Part shown: positions 9,404 through 17,422 of the stretch, in pieces | Numbering within the stretch: position 1 is the first letter of the stretch | Layout: each line of letters opens with the position of its first letter | Made by a program: the position numbers and the translations under genes | Assembly (NCBI GenBank): GCA_044371965.1 | Contig: JBILSS010000003.1 | Span: forward strand, 1-38,789 | From: Vampirovibrionales bacterium | Lineage (GTDB): Bacteria > Cyanobacteriota > Vampirovibrionia > Vampirovibrionales > JAJTHC01 | Direction of reading: 5' to 3' | Length of the DNA: 38,789 nucleotides | Notes under the pieces: model-generated | Database searches by the model: none | Told to the model about the DNA's origin: nothing | What the model saw: the letters and a program-made list of their open reading frames with translations, nothing else

Positions 9404-9506
9404 TAGAAAACCCGAAAAGTCAACGGGCGATTTTGCCTTGCGACAGAATCCATCCAAACCCTAAAAATAGGTTTGTTTTTTGTAGTTGACTTTTGAGGGT
9501 TTTCTA
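9404..9506 (-). ncRNA. Candidate structured leader / small RNA
   Basis: Closing inverted repeat TAGAAAACCCGAAAAGTCAAC (9404-9424) / GTTGACTTTTGAGGGTTTTCTA (9485-9506) with inner short hairpins. It lies downstream of a TTGACT-17-TTTAAT promoter-like sequence. Confidence 0.4.
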
Positions 9507-9580
9507 AGCCCATGTGTTTATTAAAGCAAATGGGGCTAGAAAAGTCAAGCGGTTTTTTTGAACTCGTTTGTTCGGGGGAG

Positions 9581-11515
9581 CTACGCATATTCAGGCATGT
9601 CCGACATCGTGCCTTGTGTGGCATTCTTTGCCATATCCATAAAGGCGGTCAACTGCTGACGACTCGGCAGGCTTGCCACCTGCACCACGACCGTACCTCC
9701 GCCAGCACTCGCTTTTTTAGCAGGGCTTTGTCTCTTGGCAGGAGGCACAACATTGGGGTTATAATAGGGTGTGGATTCATCCCAAAAGGCATCCCCTGTC
9801 TTCGTGGATTTGGGCGTGTAAGATTTGACAAAGGTTTGAATGCCTTTCTTTTCTTTTTCCGTGGCAGGTCTTGTACCTGCTTTAATCACATTTGTCATTA
9901 AATCTAAGGCACCCGCCGTTAGGTCGGCGAGTTTGGATCCGATCGGATTAAGAGCGACTAACACTTGCGTACTAAACTTGTGCCAACTCGACCCCAGTCG
10001 CTGTGTACTCGCTTCACTGCTTTGGCTGATATTCTTAAAATCACGATCAATCGCCCCAGCGGAATCCTTGCTAGACTTTTCTTTAATGCGTTCGTACTCT
10101 TGCCAGTTCGACATCATAGGAATCAGGAAGTTCTTCACCTGTTGATCGCCAAACAAGGCACTCATCACCTTTAGATCTGTGCCGTTCTTCGTCATTTCAC
10201 GGATCTTCATCATAAAGGCTTCTAAGCCCGATTCGGCTTTGGGGAAGTATTTCTTCGGATTGGCGATTAAATCGACCACATCCACGCCTTTTTTACTGAA
10301 CTTGTTTAGCGTTTCAGTTGAATAAGCCTTAGACAGGAAGTTGAAGAGGTTGTTAGCCGCTTCTTCAGGTGTACCTGCTCCCTTTTTAGCGACTTGGAGC
10401 ATTGCCCCCACCGCAGGAAGGTTCTTTTGATCAAGGTTCATTACTTTAAACATAGCACCCAACTTCGGCATGAATTGAGCCATGTTGTTCAACTCAAAGC
10501 TTCCCAGCTTCCCTGCGGTGGAAAGCACATCTAGGGCTTTGCCTATGTCTTGAGGCTTAACGCCCATGTGAAGACTTAACGCCGTCGCCAGTTCCGCCAT
10601 ATCCAGCGGATCCGTCCCACTGCCCTTGCTTGCCTTCGCCAGCGTCGGCAACATCGCTAACGCCGTTTGAGTCTGTACACCGTTGGCAATCAACACCTGC
10701 AAGGCATCGATCAGTTGAGGCTCCTGCATCAGGCTCATGCTACTGGTGCGAAGCAAGGTATCGGAAATCGTGCCACGCATGGAATCACTAAATCCGCCTG
10801 TATTCTGCATCAAACGCAAGGCGGTGTCTTTACTGCGGTAGGCTTGCCCTTCGGCTCCGTTAAACATCCCCACCGCTCCGCCTGCTAAACCCAAGGCTCC
10901 CATCGTCGCCAAACCTGCCCCACCCCCAAAGAGGGTAGATGCCACCATGCCCGCACCGCCCATCATGGGGTTACCGCCAAGCAAAGTCGTCAGGGGCAAG
11001 GCACTGCTAATCGTTTCCCATTTTTTACCCCACTTGATTTTAGAGTCTAAACGAGTCCTCACTTCTATTTGAGACTTTAACACACTGGTGAGCTTTTCCT
11101 CATTGCGTGCCACATCTTTCGTGTAAAGCCCTTGCGACTTCAGTGAAGCCTTATAATGACGCATGGAGTTTCCTAAGACCTTATGCTGGCGTTCTTGGGT
11201 TTTCAAAAGCCTCGTATAATGTTCCATTTGGCTTGTGGCGGTGGCATCTAAACTGCCTGAATTCTTCAAAACCGTCTGAAACTCTTTAAGCTTGGTCTTG
11301 GTGGTGCCGATGCCTTTTTGAAGAGCGACCAAGTTATTCTTGGTTTTGTTAAAGCCTCCAAGGGTTTTAGCAGCACTGTCGGCAGCTTTAAACTGCTTAT
11401 TCAGCGAATCCACGCCTTTGGACGTGGCGTTCAACGCATTTTGAGCCGTCTTTAAGCCCTTTTCAAGACCGCTGGCATTGGCTTCTACTTCAAGAATCGC
11501 TCGCATTTTGGACAT
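9581..11515 (-). CDS. Tail tape measure protein
   Basis: Long A/G/K-rich helical protein with TP901-type core (AGKLGSFELNNMAQFMP, EEAANNLFNFLSK, LFGDQQ). The ATG at 11515 is preferred because the track's GTG at 11536 abuts the -10 box. Confidence 0.88.
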   Translation of the reverse strand: MSKMRAILEVEANASGLEKGLKTAQNALNATSKGVDSLNKQFKAADSAAKTLGGFNKTKNNLVALQKGIGTTKTKLKEFQTVLKNSGSLDATATSQMEHYTRLLKTQERQHKVLGNSMRHYKASLKSQGLYTKDVARNEEKLTSVLKSQIEVRTRLDSKIKWGKKWETISSALPLTTLLGGNPMMGGAGMVASTLFGGGAGLATMGALGLAGGAVGMFNGAEGQAYRSKDTALRLMQNTGGFSDSMRGTISDTLLRTSSMSLMQEPQLIDALQVLIANGVQTQTALAMLPTLAKASKGSGTDPLDMAELATALSLHMGVKPQDIGKALDVLSTAGKLGSFELNNMAQFMPKLGAMFKVMNLDQKNLPAVGAMLQVAKKGAGTPEEAANNLFNFLSKAYSTETLNKFSKKGVDVVDLIANPKKYFPKAESGLEAFMMKIREMTKNGTDLKVMSALFGDQQVKNFLIPMMSNWQEYERIKEKSSKDSAGAIDRDFKNISQSSEASTQRLGSSWHKFSTQVLVALNPIGSKLADLTAGALDLMTNVIKAGTRPATEKEKKGIQTFVKSYTPKSTKTGDAFWDESTPYYNPNVVPPAKRQSPAKKASAGGGTVVVQVASLPSRQQLTAFMDMAKNATQGTMSDMPEYA

Positions 11516-11537
11516 AAAACATTCCCTTCCAACCACC

Positions 11538-11571
11538 AGTATAGAAGGTAGTGCATCTTATTTCTTGGGCA
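11538..11571 (-). promoter_or_regulatory. Putative late promoter, copy upstream of the tape measure gene
   Basis: TGCCCAAGAAA (11571-11561), 17 nt, TATACT (11543-11538). Confidence 0.65.
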
Positions 11572-11637
11572 GAAACCGTCAAGATTTTATTAAATTGCAG
11601 AAATAAACTGCATCAAGTGTATTCATAATTCACCTTT

Positions 11638-12348
11638 CTATTTTTTGTACCCATTAGAGACGTAAACCAATTGTTCCAACTCACGATCTACAAAACTCTG
11701 CCATTCAAGAGAGGAATCTTTATCTCCTTTTTGTAGAAGGGTAATATACTCTTCTGGCGTAACGCAATCTTTTCTATTTTCTCTGTATGGATACCATGTT
11801 CTAGTGGGTCTCGGGTATTTCTTTACAAAAGCATCAAGGCACTTTCGCATTATGGTGAAACTTTGATACTGATTATAAGACGAGAGCATATTAAAAAAGG
11901 CTTCCTTTGCTCTAGCTTGTCGCTCTAAAAAAACCTCTAAAAACTCGTCATCACCTCTTTTGCAAGTGTATTGCCTGTATTGATCATGCTTAAGTAAGTA
12001 GCACAAGCTGTTTATGATAAGACCACCTTTTATATCTTTTAAAATATGCTTCGCAAAGCAGGATGCAGACGGAATCCACTCAAACTCAAAAGATTCAGGA
12101 TTTCCCCCATAATTAAAATGTTCTTTTAGGAAATCCGATATACGTTGATTCTCAATGTGTTTAATTCGTGAATTGAAAACGTCTAAAGATGGAATGCCTT
12201 CATGTAAAAAAGGCTCTCCATTTCGTTCTCTCTTTTTAAAATCTTGCCCCATCAATTCATTATAAATTCTAACGTACTCTTGATGAGTGGGTAAGTGGTC
12301 TAACATCTCAATAATTTTATCAAAATAACAGTGAGTTTCGTTAGGCAT
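11638..12348 (-). CDS. AT-rich hypothetical protein (moron)
   Basis: 236-aa ORF with SD AAGGAG and its own extended -10 (TGTTATAAT). Confidence 0.7.
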   Translation of the reverse strand: MPNETHCYFDKIIEMLDHLPTHQEYVRIYNELMGQDFKKRERNGEPFLHEGIPSLDVFNSRIKHIENQRISDFLKEHFNYGGNPESFEFEWIPSASCFAKHILKDIKGGLIINSLCYLLKHDQYRQYTCKRGDDEFLEVFLERQARAKEAFFNMLSSYNQYQSFTIMRKCLDAFVKKYPRPTRTWYPYRENRKDCVTPEEYITLLQKGDKDSSLEWQSFVDRELEQLVYVSNGYKK

Positions 12349-12385
12349 CGTACTCTCCTTTTTTCTAAATTATAACATCAAGTCT

Positions 12386-12409
12386 TTTTTTGCGGACGTC
12401 CGCAAAAAA
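12386..12409. promoter_or_regulatory. Perfect 24-bp palindrome (operator or terminator)
   Basis: TTTTTTGCGGAC|GTCCGCAAAAAA between the LuxR-type gene and the moron. Confidence 0.6.
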
Positions 12410-12417
12410 CGCTTTGT

Positions 12418-12987
12418 TTAAATAGCAGATTCAAGATCAATTTCTTCAATCCCAACCAAACCGTATTTGATCGCATAAAGGCAGGCTTGGGTGCGGTCGT
12501 TTACACCTATTTTTTTGTAGATGTGGGTTAAGTGGGTGTTAATCGTTTTAGGACTCAACACCAGCATTTCAGCAACGCTCTTTTTGTCATGCCCTTTGGC
12601 GACAAGCTTCAAGACTTCTAACTCACTCGCCCTTAAGTCGTCTAGCTTGCTGGGGCATGGATTTTCTGAAAGCATCCATAACAGGGTCAAGCCTCCATTA
12701 AGCGTGTCCGCCAAGTGGTAGAGGCTCATTTTTTCGTCGAAATAAACCGCTTGAACTTTAGAGCCTTTTTCTAAGCGGATCGGTAAGTCTTCGTACTCTA
12801 TCAATTTTTCGGTAAAAAACCCCAAAGTCCGAGGGGGGCTGGCGATATTTCTCACCAAACGAATGGAGACTTCTTCCTTTTGCTTATCCAGCAAGGCTTG
12901 GAAGTGGAACAGGTTGCCGTTAATGCCAACCGTTCCGTCGCCATGGCGATTCAACAGTTCTTTTAGATCTGAAATAGTCAGCTCCAT
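12418..12987 (-). CDS. LuxR/NarL-type HTH transcription factor without a receiver domain
   Basis: C-terminal ELEVLKLVAKG...LVLSPKTINTHLTHIYKKIGVNDRTQA. Confidence 0.85.
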   Translation of the reverse strand: MELTISDLKELLNRHGDGTVGINGNLFHFQALLDKQKEEVSIRLVRNIASPPRTLGFFTEKLIEYEDLPIRLEKGSKVQAVYFDEKMSLYHLADTLNGGLTLLWMLSENPCPSKLDDLRASELEVLKLVAKGHDKKSVAEMLVLSPKTINTHLTHIYKKIGVNDRTQACLYAIKYGLVGIEEIDLESAI

Positions 12988-12992
12988 AGGGC

Positions 12993-13478
12993 TTAGGCTC
13001 CCTCTGCTTTTTTGAGTTCAATTTCTTTTAAAAACTTTTGGGAAATCAGGCACGGCATAAAAAACCCAACGACTTCGCCATTAAAAGCAAAATAAATAGG
13101 TTTTAATCTGCTTTTTTGCCAAAAAGTAAACTCTACCAAGGACTTATTGGTAAACTCATTAAAAACATAAGAAGCAATATAAGATTCAATTTTGCCAATT
13201 TTTACTTTTACAAAATCCTTGTGAGTCTCTTCGGTTTTTTCAAGTTTGGAAAATTGGGTACAATCCAAATTTTCAAAATCTAAAATTAAAGGCTTTGTCT
13301 TTAGAGTAACCTTATTCTTAACAGTGGAACCCGTTATATCGACGAATCTTTTATTGACTGCAATAATTGCATTTGAATACAAGGTACGATCATTTAATTC
13401 CAACTCGTATAGATCTTTAAATTGAAAAAGACCGTTTCTTTTAATCTTAAATGTTTGTTTGACTTTTGCAATCTTCAT
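12993..13478 (-). CDS. Hypothetical phage protein
   Basis: AT-rich ORF translationally coupled in the accessory block. Confidence 0.65.
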   Translation of the reverse strand: MKIAKVKQTFKIKRNGLFQFKDLYELELNDRTLYSNAIIAVNKRFVDITGSTVKNKVTLKTKPLILDFENLDCTQFSKLEKTEETHKDFVKVKIGKIESYIASYVFNEFTNKSLVEFTFWQKSRLKPIYFAFNGEVVGFFMPCLISQKFLKEIELKKAEGA

Positions 13479-13666
13479 TAGTCACCTTCTTTCTTGCTTA
13501 CATCACGAATAAAATCATCAAAAGTTTTTTCAGCCTTTGGTAGCCCATATTTCAATATGCCTACGATTAGAGCAAAGGGCAGAATGGCCAATTGGATAAA
13601 CACCCAAAGCAAAACAAGAAAAAGCTTGAGGGTCACACGAATGATCATACGCAACATTTCCATCAC
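13478..13666 (-). CDS. Small membrane protein
   Basis: 62 aa with a long hydrophobic stretch, coupled on both sides. Confidence 0.6.
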   Translation of the reverse strand: MMEMLRMIIRVTLKLFLVLLWVFIQLAILPFALIVGILKYGLPKAEKTFDDFIRDVSKKEGD

Positions 13667-14058
13667 TCACCTTCTTTCTGTAGTTTCCACTCAATCAGAT
13701 ACCCCTCAAACGGCAAGTCGCCATATTGAGCCACAAAGAATGCCTTCATCTCTTCAAAGTCTTTGAAGCCGTCTTTTTTAGCCAACTTATTGAGTGTCTC
13801 ATAATTGGCAGAGGCGACCATTTTAAGGCAGTCTCCTTTAGTGGGGGAATACGTCCTGATGTGATTTTCAAAAATAAGAATCTGCGAGACTTTTTTCACA
13901 ACGGCTTCACCCAATTGACGACACGCCTTTGTACGTTGCCCTGTGTAGAGCTGGAGGGTATCCCCCACCTTAAAGCGGTTCGTCCGCCGTATCGTCTGCG
14001 TCTTCTTGCCTGTAGCGACGGCATCCGCAAATTGCTCTTTAAAATTGAGGGCTATCAT
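13663..14058 (-). CDS. ASCH-domain protein
   Basis: LNFKEQFADAVATGKKTQTIRR...GDTLQLYTGQRTK and LAKKDGF motifs. Confidence 0.88.
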   Translation of the reverse strand: MIALNFKEQFADAVATGKKTQTIRRTNRFKVGDTLQLYTGQRTKACRQLGEAVVKKVSQILIFENHIRTYSPTKGDCLKMVASANYETLNKLAKKDGFKDFEEMKAFFVAQYGDLPFEGYLIEWKLQKEGE

Positions 14059-14621
14059 GCGTCACCCTCCCAAACTTTAACAGATTCAAACAAACTAAAA
14101 TCACTAGGATTGAAAGGCTTGAAGGCTAAAATACTAAGGTCTTCGTGCCAATCTAGGGAATCCGCAACATCTCCACAGAACATTTCAATATGCCCGTGGT
14201 CTGCATTTACTAGATGATGTGTCGGTTTGGAATCACCCCGTTGAGCCATAACTAAAAAATAACCACATCTTTCAATTTCTTCTTCAAGATTTAGCTCAAG
14301 GGCATGAGCAAAGTCTAGCCAAGGATGCCGAGCTTCGTACATTGCCTCCATGGCTTCTTTAAAAGCCTCGCCAATGCGGACGTTGTCATCAAAATCACTA
14401 GTAAGCATGGGGAGTTCTTTATGGGCGATAATCTGATCACCACCTGTTTTGTAGTGATTACAACAAACCGCTATAAAGCAATTCGTATTAACAGGATAAC
14501 CCCGTGTGTCTTGCCGTTTCAATACTTTCAAATAAAGCGGATGTGAGTTATCATTCGATACATCAACTGCTTCAGGTGTCCACCCTTCAGGGAGTGTACA
14601 AGGTCTTTTGGCTTTAGTCAT
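14055..14621 (-). CDS. Hypothetical phage protein
   Basis: Coupled ORF (TAATG / ATGA overlaps). Confidence 0.65.
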   Translation of the reverse strand: MTKAKRPCTLPEGWTPEAVDVSNDNSHPLYLKVLKRQDTRGYPVNTNCFIAVCCNHYKTGGDQIIAHKELPMLTSDFDDNVRIGEAFKEAMEAMYEARHPWLDFAHALELNLEEEIERCGYFLVMAQRGDSKPTHHLVNADHGHIEMFCGDVADSLDWHEDLSILAFKPFNPSDFSLFESVKVWEGDA

Positions 14622-14950
14622 TATTCACCTGCTTTCTTGATTTCTGCTAATTCACAGTGTGCCAGTCCGAACTGGCGAAGAATAGAAGTGCGTCGTTTTC
14701 TTGCTTCCCACAACAAGTAATTTTTCCTAACCTCTGATCCTCCCTCCAGTGCTTCAACCGTTTGGATGTCTTCCTCTGCACTTTTAAGGGACTCTCTAAG
14801 GCGTTTTAACTCATCATAAGCCTCGTAAAGCTCCACATCCTTAGCTAGCTTGTCTAGGGTCTTCCCCTGTTTGTCTGAAAGGGTTTCAAGTTGCATTAAG
14901 TCGTAGATTTTACTTAAAGCGTCTTGGTAGCTTGCATCGTCTTTCATCAT
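14621..14950 (-). CDS. Hypothetical coiled-coil protein
   Basis: Coupled ORF. The N-terminus (YQDALSKIYDLM...LAKDVELYE) recalls the N-terminal part of HigA-like proteins (weak). Confidence 0.6.
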   Translation of the reverse strand: MMKDDASYQDALSKIYDLMQLETLSDKQGKTLDKLAKDVELYEAYDELKRLRESLKSAEEDIQTVEALEGGSEVRKNYLLWEARKRRTSILRQFGLAHCELAEIKKAGE

Positions 14951-15105
14951 GCGTCATCTTCTCCATATATTTGTTCTTGAAAGAATCCACCGCCCCCTGC
15001 GAGTTCTTTTTTAGAGTCGTCTAGGCTTTTGAAAGAGTGGATGCAATCCAGTAATAAATCGAGGCACTTAAGAAATAGGAGAATCGTTAAAAGCTTCTTA
15101 ATCAT
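14947..15105 (-). CDS. Small ORF, 52 aa (MIKKLLTILLFLKCLDLLLDCIHSFKSLDDSKKELAGGGGFFQEQIYGEDDA)
   Basis: Not in the ORF track. Manually translated; it fills the gap exactly and overlaps both neighbours. Confidence 0.55.
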   Translation of the reverse strand: MIKKLLTILLFLKCLDLLLDCIHSFKSLDDSKKELAGGGGFFQEQIYGEDDA

Positions 15106-15322
15106 GCGTCAATCTCTCTTTCTCATTCATATCAAATGGCTCATAGGGTATTTCTTTTCCCTGCCAACCGCCACGCTGAACACCATAGATGTTTTTATCA
15201 ACAGGGGTTCCGTCTAGCTTGACCCAACTTTCTCTTTCAAAAGTGCCAAATTCAGCATACGTGGCGTATGCCTTGATGTGCGAGCCATCGTCGAACGTCA
15301 ACCAAAAAAACTCTTTCATCAT
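15098..15322 (-). CDS. Hypothetical phage protein
   Basis: Coupled ORF with SD AGGTGA. Confidence 0.6.
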   Translation of the reverse strand: MMKEFFWLTFDDGSHIKAYATYAEFGTFERESWVKLDGTPVDKNIYGVQRGGWQGKEIPYEPFDMNEKERLTHD

Positions 15323-15645
15323 GCTTCACCTGCTTGCTTTTGGTAAGGCTTCAGCTTCCACTGACTTAAAATCAGCCTGAAAATATGGGCTGGTAATTCT
15401 TCAATAAGGGCTGAACCCTCAAATACCTCCACATCCCCTGAAATATCAGCAAAAAATAACCTCTCTTCATTAACATCCATTGCAGATAAGCGTCTTACAA
15501 CGACCTTAAGAGTTACATCAGGATTTGAGATATTTTGCAAATACACAGGCAAGCCTTTATCTCTTGATTTCCCAATTGTATTGTAGGTTTTTGAAAAATC
15601 GACGGACGTTTTCTCTTTAAAAAAATTATGCTTAAGATTCTTCAT
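15319..15645 (-). CDS. Hypothetical phage protein flanked by 17-bp direct repeats
   Basis: AAGCAGGTGAAGCATGA (minus strand) at 15319-15335 and 15642-15658. Confidence 0.65.
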   Translation of the reverse strand: MKNLKHNFFKEKTSVDFSKTYNTIGKSRDKGLPVYLQNISNPDVTLKVVVRRLSAMDVNEERLFFADISGDVEVFEGSALIEELPAHIFRLILSQWKLKPYQKQAGEA

Positions 15646-15659
15646 GCTTCACCTGCTTT

Positions 15660-15860
15660 CTAGTATGAAATCCAACCAAGTTGCTTAAATAGTTGAAGTG
15701 TATTTGCAAACCAATTCAACAGTAAAAGTAGGGAAACCCCCGAATTAAAAACAGCCAATCCGTAGAGTCCTTCCTTGTACTGCTCTATACTTAGGCTGTG
15801 GAAGACAAACATCCCAACTAGGGCGAAAAGTATACAAATACACTGCACAAATACTTCCAC
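15660..15860 (-). CDS. Small two-TM membrane protein
   Basis: Strong SD GGAGGT before a GTG start; two hydrophobic segments. Confidence 0.6.
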   Translation of the reverse strand: MEVFVQCICILFALVGMFVFHSLSIEQYKEGLYGLAVFNSGVSLLLLLNWFANTLQLFKQLGWISY

Positions 15861-15874
15861 TATTTACCTCCAAA

Positions 15875-15896
15875 CCCTCCCCAAGAAAGGGGAGGG
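15875..15896. terminator. GC-rich hairpin
   Basis: CCCTCCCC-AAGAAA-GGGGAGGG perfect 8-bp stem with only short T tracts. Confidence 0.45.
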
Positions 15897-15912
15897 GCTT
15901 TATATACTGTAA

Positions 15913-16746
15913 CTAGCTCTTAGCGGTGTAGTTCTTCACAATCAACAGAGGCTTTTCGATAAACTGTTCCGTGATGTAATCCGCTTCATCTTGAAGCAAC
16001 AGGTCTTTGGTGATGTTCAATTCAGGAATAGAGACGGAAAACTTCCAATCACGAGACCCTTGATTGTTCGCAACACCTGTCGCATCAATCACCGCTTCAA
16101 ACGAGTAGGTTTCTTCGCTTCCACGCACCAAAGGCATGGTCAAATCAAAGGAAAATGGCAAGTTCACATCCGATTCAGCATTGGTGTTTTTGATTTTCAC
16201 CTTCATGCTGGCGGAAGCAGCACCTGATCCATCTTGGGTGATGTCAGGAGCCGAGACAAAGGCATTGTCGTCTGAAATGGTGATTGTTGACCACTGACGG
16301 TAGAAGTCATTAAACCCTTCGATACTGGGGCGGAGCGTACGCAACTTCTTAATAAATTGAGCGTGAGCCAGTGGCTTTTCGTCCAATAAATCAAGCAAGG
16401 TCACCCATTGTTGACTTTTGCAACGTTCATAACGCACGAACTTGTGGCGATTTCCATGCGTAAAGTCAGGGTAGAAAGTCGCCCCTTCATCATCTAAGGC
16501 GATTTCAAAAAGCTTATGAGCCTCTTCTTCGCTATTCGCAATCAAGTGTTTGATGATGTCTTTAAGCGATTCAATCGTGCTGACGTTCCGCACCTGTGGG
16601 TTAGGCGTGGGGGCATCAGGAGCCACTTCTTTGTACTCAAAGGACTCGTCGTCTTTCTCAAGTAAAAAGTGACGTGTCTTGTCAATCGTGATCACTTCAG
16701 GCATTTTCGGGGTCAACTTTTCCAATAAGGAATCAATCATGTTCAT
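15913..16746 (-). CDS. Phage protein, probably YfdQ/DUF2303-like
   Basis: Size, V.TIESL.D, S.QW..L and LPFSFDLTMP patterns, and pairing with the upstream 116-aa ORF. Confidence 0.5.
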   Translation of the reverse strand: MNMIDSLLEKLTPKMPEVITIDKTRHFLLEKDDESFEYKEVAPDAPTPNPQVRNVSTIESLKDIIKHLIANSEEEAHKLFEIALDDEGATFYPDFTHGNRHKFVRYERCKSQQWVTLLDLLDEKPLAHAQFIKKLRTLRPSIEGFNDFYRQWSTITISDDNAFVSAPDITQDGSGAASASMKVKIKNTNAESDVNLPFSFDLTMPLVRGSEETYSFEAVIDATGVANNQGSRDWKFSVSIPELNITKDLLLQDEADYITEQFIEKPLLIVKNYTAKS

Positions 16747-16805
16747 AAAATAGGTCTTTCTTAAAAAATAACAATAACAACGGGAACATTTAAATTAGGG
16801 AACAT

Positions 16806-17156
16806 CTAAATAATTTGTCGGACGTTTTGCACCTCTTGCAAGTCCAACTTCTGCTGATTCGGATGTTCATCATACAGATTGCCGTGCTGACTCATGTACA
16901 AGGGTTGAGAGCCTAGCTTAGGCTTAGGGGACTTGATCGATCTTGCGACGCTCACCATGACGCTGTCACGGCTGTCCGCCTTAAAGTTAAACTTAACGGT
17001 CAAGGAGCCTGAACCCCCTAGCTTGACTAAGTTCTGAATCAAAGTCGCCAAATCTTCATTGATCAATTGCAACTCACTCATCGGGATGCCTGTGGTCAAG
17101 CCGTGATCGGTTTGACGCTCCAACAAATCCACCACATTCAAAGCGTGTGAAATCAT
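16806..17156 (-). CDS. Phage protein, YfdP-like partner
   Basis: GGSGSLTVKFNFK...IKSPKP...LYMSQHGNLYDEHPNQQKL pattern typical of the gene preceding DUF2303. Confidence 0.55.
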   Translation of the reverse strand: MISHALNVVDLLERQTDHGLTTGIPMSELQLINEDLATLIQNLVKLGGSGSLTVKFNFKADSRDSVMVSVARSIKSPKPKLGSQPLYMSQHGNLYDEHPNQQKLDLQEVQNVRQII

Positions 17157-17422
17157 AGTGATTCCTCCTTATTTTCCATTAACAACGGATTCTCAATCAA
17201 ATCCGACTTACCTATAACAAACAAAACATTCGTGCCTGCACACTGCTTGTAATGAGCGTTCACACGCTCCCACATTTCAGGCGACAACGTCCAACCATAC
17301 TTATTCAAAACACCCACCAACCCACGAGGGGACTGGGCAAAGTGAGAACCACCCAAAGGGGCTTGCACTTCAAAGCAAGGGGGGTCTTTGTGATACGTCC
17401 TTGCCATATTAACGACCTCCAT
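17153..17422 (-). CDS. Hypothetical phage protein
   Basis: ORF overlapping the TerL stop. The second Met follows a GGAGGT SD and is the likelier start. Confidence 0.55.
   Translation of the reverse strand: MEVVNMARTYHKDPPCFEVQAPLGGSHFAQSPRGLVGVLNKYGWTLSPEMWERVNAHYKQCAGTNVLFVIGKSDLIENPLLMENKEESL

Noticed and set aside
9343-9624. 93-aa minus-strand ORF between the tape measure gene and the 123-aa gene
   Set aside because: It overlaps the TMP end, has no SD or motif, and spans a promoter-like and inverted-repeat region better explained as non-coding.
887-11515. Tailocin or extracellular contractile injection system
   Set aside because: Sheath and tube are not present in the window, while terminase, a cos-like site, a replication gene and an att site point to a DNA-packaging mobile element.
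12993-15662. CRISPR array or integron attC array
   Set aside because: The repeats are short, degenerate, irregularly spaced and embedded in gene junctions. There are no cas genes, no integron integrase and no attC palindromes.
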